DNA of 32,000 nucleotides from Trichodesmium erythraeum IMS101 (GTDB lineage Bacteria; Cyanobacteriota; Cyanobacteriia; Cyanobacteriales; Microcoleaceae): NCBI RefSeq assembly GCF_000014265.1, contig NC_008312.1, positions 2,550,001 to 2,582,000 of the forward strand, read 5' to 3'. Shown piece by piece: positions 9,690 to 17,252 of this stretch (position 1 is its first letter; each line of letters starts with the position of its first letter). The notes under the pieces were generated by a model. It saw only the letters and a program-made list of their open reading frames with translations, ran no database searches and was not told where the DNA came from. The position numbers and the translations under genes were made by a program.

Positions 9690-10046
9690 TATATATAAGG
9701 TTAGTTGAGCAAGAGATTATTTTTAATCTTGAGAAGAAATTTAGTTAAAACTAAATTATATATAGTACCTGAAAATATAAAATAAACAATTAGGGTAAAT
9801 TTATAATTTCTAGAGAAATACAGCAAATTCCACCTTGGTGAGATACACTCACCCGGGCAAAATGCCCGCAATGGGAAAATTTAATTGTTAATATTTGTAC
9901 TTCATATACTGAGAATCTGCTGTAAGCACCATTGTCAAGTTGTTTACCTATACTAATTTGACGTGAGGCTTGCAATATAAGGGATTCAGTCTTAAATAAA
10001 TGTGTAATTAATTTTGTTTACCTGCTTAAAGCGAGAAATGAGGGTG

Positions 10047-10136
10047 TCTGGTCTTTTAAGGCTGGACATTGCCGTAAATTTTTTTCTATTGTTCCAGCAT
10101 GAGTATCTTCTCATTTTATATGGACTGCTTCTGTAA
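10047..10136 (-). pseudogene. Relic of a class C paralog, about 90 nt
   Basis: TCTGGTCTTTTAAGGCTGGACATTGCCGTAAATTTTTTTCTATTGTTCCAGCATGAGTATCTTCTCATTTTATATGGACTGCTTCTGTAA aligns by eye, in the same orientation, with C1 5885-5975 and C2 9273-9362 (the region encoding ..TEAxHVKLEDTYGAIIEQNLQQCPxxKDQK..). There is no surrounding ORF. Confidence 0.7.
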
Positions 10137-10491
10137 TTGGAAAGTACAAAGTTATCCTATTATTTTTTTAAAGACCTTATATTTAACTTTATCTGTCAAT
10201 AGGTAATTCCTCGAAATCATTAAAGTTTTAAGTGATCGCCCTCACGGAATTATAAGTTAGTTGAAAGCTATATAGATACAAGAAGTTTCTGAATAAATTG
10301 AAAAATACTTCAACTAGTAAAGAAAATTGATTCCCCAGGGCAGAGTTAATTCACTTACCTCCAACCTTAATTGATTTTTTATTTAAATAAAAAAATACAA
10401 GCAAAATTTGATCAAAAAGGGCATAGTTCCAATAGTTTACCTAGAAAATCATATTGCTTTTTGCAAAAAATAGGATTTGGAAGCTAAACAC

Positions 10492-11721
10492 CTACATTTT
10501 TTTTCTCACAAATGATTTAGGAATAGTATATTTATCGCAGAAATAATTTGCCATTATTTCCCCGACCAATTTATGACCTTCCACGTTCCAATGACCACCG
10601 CAGGGAAGTGCATTATCAAAACCATGGAAACATTTACCTGTTTTTTTAGCCTCATCCCATATAGGACCAGCTAAATTATAGACTGGTATATTTTCCTTTT
10701 TCCCAAAATTTTTCAGTCTGATATCTGGGTAGAATAAATTTGACACATTTAAAGATTTTTTCAAATTATTACGCTGTTGAATATCAGGTAGTACTTGAGA
10801 AGAATGACTGACTGTTATCATCATAAAGTCTGCTTTTTTTTCATATACTTCATCTCGCATTAGCTTAATTAAACCCTCAGTTACTTCCCAAGTTTCTGAC
10901 CAATCAGAATTTGGTTTTGGTTCTTTATAAAAATCTATATTAATTTCCCTATAATCTTTGTTATACTGACGGCGTTTAGCATCAATATCTACCTTTCTAA
11001 TTAGCTGCATAATTCGGGAATTTTTAACTAACCAAAATGGCAAAAAATCCACCAGAGAAAAAGCATAACGGTTTCTCTGCCAAAACTTCAAATTACGAAA
11101 TGACATATCTGCTACAAGTTGCCCATCTTTGTAAACAAAATAAGGGCGTAAATGGTCATGTTCTAGACTAGGAGAATTATTACTAAGATCGTTACCTGCA
11201 TAAAAAGCTAACATGACTAAATCTGGTTGATAATCCCAAACATGATACCTTAAAGTCATTAATTCTTGGGCTGTGCTATAACCACTTACACCAAAATTCA
11301 TTACTTCTACTTTTCGGTTTTTTAACACAGGACATTGTTGTAATTTTTCCTCCATTATTGCACCATAGGTATCTTCTAATTTTACCTGAAGTGCTTCTGT
11401 ATAAGAGTCTCCTAATAAGGCAATTCTTAATCCATTTTCTGGTTTATTTTTACTCCGTTCATAATCACGAAATCCTGCACTATTCATTTTTATTTCGGAA
11501 GGAACACCCTCTTCCTTCCATAACCCTTTCCCATGAGGTTTTCCTGCCCAACCTCTATATAGATCTTGGAAAGTATGAAGAGGATTTTCATCTGCATCCT
11601 TTCTTGGCGCTGGATGCTTAATTCCTGCTATTCTTAATCCTATTTCACCTACTGTTAAAGTAAATATTAATGTACCTAATATTAATCCTAAATTGATGGC
11701 TAAATTATGTAGCTTTTTCAT
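10492..11721 (-). CDS. Membrane-anchored SGNH/GDSL-type protein, class C3
   Basis: 409-aa ORF with GDSYTEA, FGVSGYSTAQEL, AFYAGNDLSNN and CGGHWNVEGHKL. Its ATG overlaps the stop of the upstream paralog C4 by 1 nt (TAATG). Confidence 0.9.
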   Translation of the reverse strand: MKKLHNLAINLGLILGTLIFTLTVGEIGLRIAGIKHPAPRKDADENPLHTFQDLYRGWAGKPHGKGLWKEEGVPSEIKMNSAGFRDYERSKNKPENGLRIALLGDSYTEALQVKLEDTYGAIMEEKLQQCPVLKNRKVEVMNFGVSGYSTAQELMTLRYHVWDYQPDLVMLAFYAGNDLSNNSPSLEHDHLRPYFVYKDGQLVADMSFRNLKFWQRNRYAFSLVDFLPFWLVKNSRIMQLIRKVDIDAKRRQYNKDYREINIDFYKEPKPNSDWSETWEVTEGLIKLMRDEVYEKKADFMMITVSHSSQVLPDIQQRNNLKKSLNVSNLFYPDIRLKNFGKKENIPVYNLAGPIWDEAKKTGKCFHGFDNALPCGGHWNVEGHKLVGEIMANYFCDKYTIPKSFVRKKM

Positions 11722-12938
11722 TATTGATTATAATTAAATTTGAACTGTTTGCAGAGGTTATTAGTAATAATTTCTCCTGCTAATTGATGCCCTTCTATGT
11801 TCCAATGCCCAATACATAATGATGTATTTTCAAAACCGTGTAAACAAGCTTGATTTTCCACAGCATAATCTCGAAAAGGTACTACTAAATCTAATACTGG
11901 AAAACCTAAGCGATCGCCCAGAGCTTCTATTCTTTTATTGGGATACAACATATCATTAATATTGTATTGTTTCATAAAAGTTTTTTGTAGATATGGTTGG
12001 TCGTAATGTACCTGTTTTGGATCTCCTACTAATACTGCCAAAAAATCTTTTTCTCTTTCTCTCACCTCTGCTGCTATTAATGTGATTAATTCTTCTGTAA
12101 TTTCCCATGCTTGATGCCAATTATTATTGATTGGTGGCTGAAAATTATACGGTACTAAACCCATAAAATATGCGTCTAATTTTTTTTTCTTTAGATTCAA
12201 ATCTACTTTTTTTACTACTTGCAAGATTCTGGAATTATTTACCAGCCAACCAGGTATTTTGTCTATAAATGAAACAACATAGCGATTACTTAGAGCTGGA
12301 ATTAAATCCTGAAAAGACATATCGACAACCAACTCTCCATTTTCATATATAAGAAATGGTCTATATTGACTATACTCCAGTTTTTTTGAGTTATTAATAA
12401 TATCATTTCCTATAAAAAAAGCTAACAATATAATATCTGGATTATAATCCCAAACCTGATGACGTAAAGTCAACAGTTCTTGCAAGGTGCTATAACCATG
12501 AACCCCAAAATTAATTACCTCAACTTTTCTATTAGCAATAGAGTCACATTTTGTCAATTTCTGTTCAATTATTGACCAAAAAGTTTTCTCTATTGGTACT
12601 TGAACCGCTTCAGCAAAAGAATCTCCTAATATAGCAATTCTTAATGTATTTTTTGGCTTAATTTTACTATATTCGCGGTCTCTTAAACCATCGCTATTAA
12701 TTTCTATATAAGCTTCCCCCTCCTCTCGCCACCAAGCAGTGAAACCCGGTTGTAATGCCCAACCACGATGAGGATCATGAGTATGAAATATGGTAGGTCT
12801 GTGGGGTTCGTTATTGTTGGCTTTTTTCAATCCTTCTATTTTTGCTACCCTTAATCCTATTTCTCCTGCCAAAATACCAGTTATTAAGGCTACAAATATT
12901 AATCCAATATTTATGAGTAAATTATTCAGTTTTTTCAT
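11721..12938 (-). CDS. Membrane-anchored SGNH/GDSL-type protein, class C4
   Basis: 405-aa ORF with GDSFAEA, FGVHGYSTLQEL, AFFIGNDIINN and CIGHWNIEGHQL. It is more diverged than C1-C3. Confidence 0.9.
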   Translation of the reverse strand: MKKLNNLLINIGLIFVALITGILAGEIGLRVAKIEGLKKANNNEPHRPTIFHTHDPHRGWALQPGFTAWWREEGEAYIEINSDGLRDREYSKIKPKNTLRIAILGDSFAEAVQVPIEKTFWSIIEQKLTKCDSIANRKVEVINFGVHGYSTLQELLTLRHQVWDYNPDIILLAFFIGNDIINNSKKLEYSQYRPFLIYENGELVVDMSFQDLIPALSNRYVVSFIDKIPGWLVNNSRILQVVKKVDLNLKKKKLDAYFMGLVPYNFQPPINNNWHQAWEITEELITLIAAEVREREKDFLAVLVGDPKQVHYDQPYLQKTFMKQYNINDMLYPNKRIEALGDRLGFPVLDLVVPFRDYAVENQACLHGFENTSLCIGHWNIEGHQLAGEIITNNLCKQFKFNYNQ

Positions 12939-13252
12939 TTTATAAAGGTTTACTAAGCAAGAAATTATTTTTCATATTGAGGACAAATTAAGTTACTGGA
13001 GAGTAGAAATTTATGGAAAAAAAAATGATTTACTTTATATACTAAAAGTTGAGTATTTGATATCTTTTTTTTGTTTTCTAAGACAATATATTTATGATTC
13101 AAAAAAAATTATACAAGGTTTTAAAATAGCAGCCTATAATTTGTGATAAAAAAACAATCATTAGATGCAATATACTCTACATAATTTGAATAGCAGTCTA
13201 AGTTTTTTTGACTTCAAATCTACTATTAACTACCTATACCTACAATTTTTTT

Positions 13253-14455
13253 TTAAAACCTCTGACATGACTTTTTTGCAATAATTTCTCCAGCTAATTT
13301 ATGCCCTGTAGCATTCCAATGTCCTGTACACATTGCTGTATTTTTAAACCCATGAAAACAAACTGGATTTTTCTCAATATAATCATCAAAAGGTTTGATT
13401 AAATCAATCACATAAAAATTATGAATTTCTCCTAAATTTTGCAGTCTTTTTGTGGGATACGACCAGTCTTGAATATCCATAATTTTCATATATCCTTCTC
13501 TCCATCCTTTATTGGAATGAATTTGCATAGGAGTCATCACTGTCGCCAACTGAAATTCTGCGCCTTTTTCCTGCACTTCTTTAGCCATAATTCCTATTAG
13601 TTCATCTGTAATTTTCCAAGCTTCTTGCCAAGCAAGATTTCGTGGTTCTCTAAAATTATTGGCTTGTAATTTTTCAAAGTGTCTAGCAGCATTTCTCTTT
13701 CTTTGATCTGTCTCTACTTTTTTGATTATTTGTAAAATTCTAACATTATTTATCAGCCAAGTCGGTAATTTATCAACCGTTGTTATCATATAACGATTTG
13801 CCTGACTAATAGTTAGCTCTCTAAAGGATAAATCTAACTCTAACTTATCATTTTTATAGATAAAAAAAGGTCGGTAATGATTATTTTCTAACTTTCGAGA
13901 ATTATCCGTAACATCATTACCAATAAAAAAAGCTAAAAGCACAATATCTGGCTGAAAATCCCAAACTTTTTCCCGGAGAGTTAATAATTGTTGGGCAGTT
14001 CCATAACCATCAACGCCAAAATTAATTACTTCTACTTTTTTATTTTTTAAATTCGTACATTTTTGCAATTCTTTTTGCATTACTCCTACAAAAGTTTGCT
14101 GATAAGAAACTTGGACAGCTGAAGTAAAAGAATCTCCAAGTACAGCTATTCGCAAAGTATTTTTTGGTTTAGCTTTAGTAATTTCTGGTCCTCTAATACC
14201 ATGACTATTAAACTCTAAATAAGCCTTTCCTTCACTCGTCCACCAGCCAGAAACATTTGCTCTATATTCCCAACCTCTAACCGGATGAGGAATGGTATGA
14301 AATGTGGGATAAAATTCTGCATGGGTACTTTCAGGCATTTTTTTTAATCCCTTTAAACCAGCAATTCTTACTGCTACTTCAGCCATCGCTATCCCTACAA
14401 ATAAACTGGCAAAAATCATGCCTATATTTACTGCCCAAGTTTTTAGCTTTATCAT
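13253..14455 (-). CDS. Membrane-anchored SGNH/GDSL-type protein, class C5
   Basis: 400-aa ORF with GDSFTSA, FGVDGYGTAQQL, AFFIGNDVTDN and CTGHWNATGHKL. It is the most diverged C paralog. Confidence 0.9.
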   Translation of the reverse strand: MIKLKTWAVNIGMIFASLFVGIAMAEVAVRIAGLKGLKKMPESTHAEFYPTFHTIPHPVRGWEYRANVSGWWTSEGKAYLEFNSHGIRGPEITKAKPKNTLRIAVLGDSFTSAVQVSYQQTFVGVMQKELQKCTNLKNKKVEVINFGVDGYGTAQQLLTLREKVWDFQPDIVLLAFFIGNDVTDNSRKLENNHYRPFFIYKNDKLELDLSFRELTISQANRYMITTVDKLPTWLINNVRILQIIKKVETDQRKRNAARHFEKLQANNFREPRNLAWQEAWKITDELIGIMAKEVQEKGAEFQLATVMTPMQIHSNKGWREGYMKIMDIQDWSYPTKRLQNLGEIHNFYVIDLIKPFDDYIEKNPVCFHGFKNTAMCTGHWNATGHKLAGEIIAKKSCQRF

Positions 14456-14661
14456 CCTCTTAGCTATAATTTTTTTTGTAATTTAATCATAAAAGTTGAA
14501 TAATATTCAGTCTATTCTGTTTTCAGCTATAAAGCTATCAGCTATTGTTTTTAATGCCTGATAATCAAGCTTTATTAATTTAGCAAAATAACACGAAAAT
14601 TTATATTCACACTAAAAATTTATATTCACACTATACCTGTCTTTTAGGCTATGCTTTAGTA

Positions 14662-14897
14662 AGCTATCAGCTATCAGCTAGAAGGAGTAATTACCATCCA
14701 AAAAGAATTAAAATATAATCAAGAAAGGATTAGATGCTTACTCAAACTTTAATGCTTGTCAGCATTTGGCTGTCAGCTATCAGCTATCAGCTATCAGCTA
14801 TCAGCTAGAAGGAGTAATTACCATCCAAAAAGAATTAAAATAAAATATAATCAAGAAAAGATTAGATGCTTACTCAAACTTTAACGCTTGTCAGCAT
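14662..14897. repeat. Two tandem ~105-123-bp direct repeat units, each headed by an (AGCTATC)n heptamer array (n=2 in unit 1, n=4 in unit 2)
   Basis: Unit 1 is 14662-14765 and unit 2 is 14775-14897. Both read (AGCTATC)nAGCTAGAAGGAGTAATTACCATCCAAAAAGAATTAAAA..ATATAATCAAGAAA(G/A)GATTAGATGCTTACTCAAACTTTAA(T/C)GCTTGTCAGCAT. A further short array lies at 14525-14546. Confidence 0.85.
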
Positions 14898-15355
14898 AAA
14901 GTGCTGAATTTACATGCTTTATAAACATTTTGAAAAAATAGACAAGTGATATGTAGGTCTTGATAGTTTTTTGAAGGGGAAAAAGTATATTTAAGAATAC
15001 TATTTTTTGATAATTTAAGTAGTTCTATACTCTTTCTCCCCAATCCCCAGAAGCTTTTCATAAATTCCTAATTATACCAATAATTCTCATACATTAATGC
15101 TAACTTTTTCTATAACTTCAGTTATTAAATAATTAACAGAAAGGGAATAACTTTTTTCTAAGATTCACCCTTTTTAATTGTGCTAAAATTATAAATTTTG
15201 TATGGACTTATTGATGCAATATACCTAACTATTTCTCAGCATCAAAGTGCTAAGTATAAAAGTTTTTGATAATATAATGCAAGGGATAAATATTCAAGGG
15301 AGGAGTCTTATTGATATTAACTGACAGCTAATACTGAATATTCTTAGAATTTCAC

Positions 15356-15520
15356 TTAAAACAAAGTATAAATGAATGGAGCAATTACAGAAGACTGGCT
15401 TAAAATAATCAAAGCTCCTAACAAAACCAAAGTAATAATCAAAGGCAATAACCAATATTTTTTTCGCTCTCTCATAAAACCCCAAAGGTCTTTGAGAAAG
15501 TCTAATATTCCTTCAAACAT
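15356..15520 (-). CDS. DUF5989 / SxtK-like small membrane protein (54 aa), absent from the ORF track
   Basis: Manual translation gives MFEGILDFLKDLWGFMRERKKYWLLPLIITLVLLGALIILSQSSVIAPFIYTLF*. It has the KKYWLLP..single-TM..APFIYTLF C-terminus that I recall as the hallmark of this family. Its ATG directly abuts the TAA of the upstream SxtJ-like gene (TAAATG). Confidence 0.85.
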   Translation of the reverse strand: MFEGILDFLKDLWGFMRERKKYWLLPLIITLVLLGALIILSQSSVIAPFIYTLF

Positions 15521-15934
15521 TTAAAAAGGTCGCTCCATACTCTCTTTACTTTTTAATTGACTCATTACCCGATAACTTGATATTTCAGTATGAAATTGTC
15601 GATCCATAGGGTCTTTTTTAAGCATTCGCATAATTAAACCCATTGGCATAACTACAAGATAAAATACTAACCCCATCCACAAAGGAGTCATAATCTTACT
15701 CAGGAAAATTCCCACTCGCATCCAAAACCTATACACAGGTCCCAAAGTCGGTGGTGAAACAACTGCCAGTACCAATAGAGGAACAGCAATTACCCAAGGC
15801 CATGCAGGTAGAGGCCAATGTTTGTGGAGCAGCGGTAGTAATAGACCGAATAAACCTCCAAAAACACCACCTACTATTAGACCAAATTCCCTGAGACCCT
15901 TTTTATCAATTTTTGGTATCTCGCGATCGCTCAT
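15521..15934 (-). CDS. SxtJ-family membrane protein
   Basis: 137-aa ORF. The pattern KKGLREFGLIVGGVFGGLFGLLLP...LGPVYRFWMRVGIFLSKIMTPLWMGLVFYLVVMPMGLIMRMLKKDPMDR...MERPF matches my memory of SxtJ-like proteins, and it is followed by a DUF5989 gene as in sxtJ-sxtK. Confidence 0.8.
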   Translation of the reverse strand: MSDREIPKIDKKGLREFGLIVGGVFGGLFGLLLPLLHKHWPLPAWPWVIAVPLLVLAVVSPPTLGPVYRFWMRVGIFLSKIMTPLWMGLVFYLVVMPMGLIMRMLKKDPMDRQFHTEISSYRVMSQLKSKESMERPF

Positions 15935-16092
15935 TAATTTATTAATAATTAAGATTTGATTAATGCTGTAAAAATATCATAAAAGCTTTTAAAAGTCAAA
16001 AAAAATCTATTTTTTGTGATGCTAAGAACTGAAGGCTTATAGAACCTATTTGGGTAGTGTTAAACCAGGGCAAACCTCATATTTACTGAATC

Positions 16093-16134
16093 CCATATAT
16101 AGTGTTTTAAAAATTAAATTAACACTATATATGG
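16093..16134. repeat. Perfect 14-bp inverted repeat CCATATATAGTGTT-N14-AACACTATATATGG (candidate operator or hairpin)
   Basis: Read directly. It lies in the divergent intergenic region between the SxtJ-like gene (-) and the lipase gene (+). Confidence 0.7.
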
Positions 16135-16421
16135 AAAAATATGATCGACAAGCACAATAAAGCCTAGTTTATTGAAAATTAAATAAGGTATATTGACAAG
16201 ATGTGTTTGCCCTTAGTATTAAATAAGCAATATAGTAATTTTTCCAATTTCACCTGACTCATTGCTCATGATGAAGTAAGTAAAAATTAAAGCTGAAGTA
16301 TAATCAAGGCTTATCTAAATATACTTTGATTTTTTGATTGTATTGTGATGATTAATACTTTATTATTTTATTAATTAAGTTATACTAGGTAGGTAATGTT
16401 TTTGATTAAAGGAATAAAGTT

Positions 16422-17252
16422 TTGAAAACAATTGAAAACGACCTGAGAACAATTGAACCTTATAAAACCTTTTTGAGCAAAAATAATGCTTACTGGATGG
16501 CAAGAATATCCGATCTTACTTATTGTTGTGGTCAAGATAGTAAACCAGATGAAGAAAAAATCATTGCAGATTTGAAGGCTGAAGATAAAAAGTTCATTTC
16601 TGTAACTGGAGAATCTAAAAATAGTTCTCAGGCTATTTTAGTTGAACATGAAGACTATCTTTGTATGGGTTTCCGTGGAACTGATGAATTAAAAGACTGG
16701 CTCGACAACATTAATGTGAAGAGGAAAAAGATGCTATTTGGTAAGTTTCATGCTGGTTTTGCTAATTCTCTGAAAGATGTATGGAAGCCATTGTTTAACA
16801 AATACCAGGAATTAAGACAGAAGAAAAAACGCCCTCTATTTTTGACTGGTCATAGTCTTGGCGGATCTATAGCTACTGTAGCAGCTGCAAGGCTAATTCA
16901 CCAAGATTTGCCTTTTATTTCTGTTTATACTTTTGGACAACCCCGTACTGTAGATCGTCGAACTGCACGTGTATTCAATGCAGAAGCAAAATCAAGGTTC
17001 TTCCGCTTTCATAATAATAATGATATAATTACTCGTGTTCCAAGTCGTACAGCGGGGTATAGTCATGTAGGTACCTGCGTTTATGTTACACAAGAAATTA
17101 CACTGCATGTTGATCCTGGTTTCTGGTTTCGCTTTGTTGATGGTATTGATGGTGTCGTTAATGATATATCAAAGTTAAGTATTGATTTTATAGCAGATCA
17201 TGATATGGGTAAATATTTATCAGCAGTGAAAAGTTGGAATCTTATAACTTAG
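16422..17252 (+). CDS. Class 3 (Lipase_3 family) lipase / alpha-beta hydrolase
   Basis: 276-aa ORF with FRGTDELKDWLDN and the nucleophile elbow LTGHSLGGSIAT, followed by YTFGQPR. There is no signal peptide or TM segment. The listed start is TTG; the true start is uncertain (the next Met is at MARISD). Confidence 0.88.
   Translation: MKTIENDLRTIEPYKTFLSKNNAYWMARISDLTYCCGQDSKPDEEKIIADLKAEDKKFISVTGESKNSSQAILVEHEDYLCMGFRGTDELKDWLDNINVKRKKMLFGKFHAGFANSLKDVWKPLFNKYQELRQKKKRPLFLTGHSLGGSIATVAAARLIHQDLPFISVYTFGQPRTVDRRTARVFNAEAKSRFFRFHNNNDIITRVPSRTAGYSHVGTCVYVTQEITLHVDPGFWFRFVDGIDGVVNDISKLSIDFIADHDMGKYLSAVKSWNLIT

Noticed and set aside
9790..9975. 61-aa ORF in the C2-C3 spacer, and the small CGGGC-AAAAT-GCCCG hairpin inside it
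   Set aside because: There is no motif and no RBS, and it lies in a spacer that contains gene debris. The 5-bp hairpin has no T-tract on either strand and is too weak to call a terminator.
11358..11621. Antisense ORFs inside confident genes: 11358..11621 in C3, 19798..20007 in the aldolase, 24983..25210 in the methyltransferase and 30924..31190 in the TrxR-like gene
   Set aside because: Each lies fully within, and opposite to, a well-supported CDS with strong family motifs. These are typical shadow ORFs.
1876..14455. The idea that the variable paralog array is a diversity-generating retroelement target or a contingency locus driven by a dedicated recombinase
   Set aside because: There is no reverse transcriptase, no template-repeat/variable-repeat pair with adenine-specific differences, and no invertase or recombinase gene or inverted recombination site in the window. 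The mosaicism is adequately explained by ordinary gene conversion.
15294..15485. 63-aa track ORF downstream of the SxtJ-like gene
   Set aside because: It is in a different frame from the 54-aa DUF5989-type ORF (15356..15520), which has a family-typical sequence and abuts the upstream stop codon. The 63-aa product has no recognisable features and reads through that gene out of frame.
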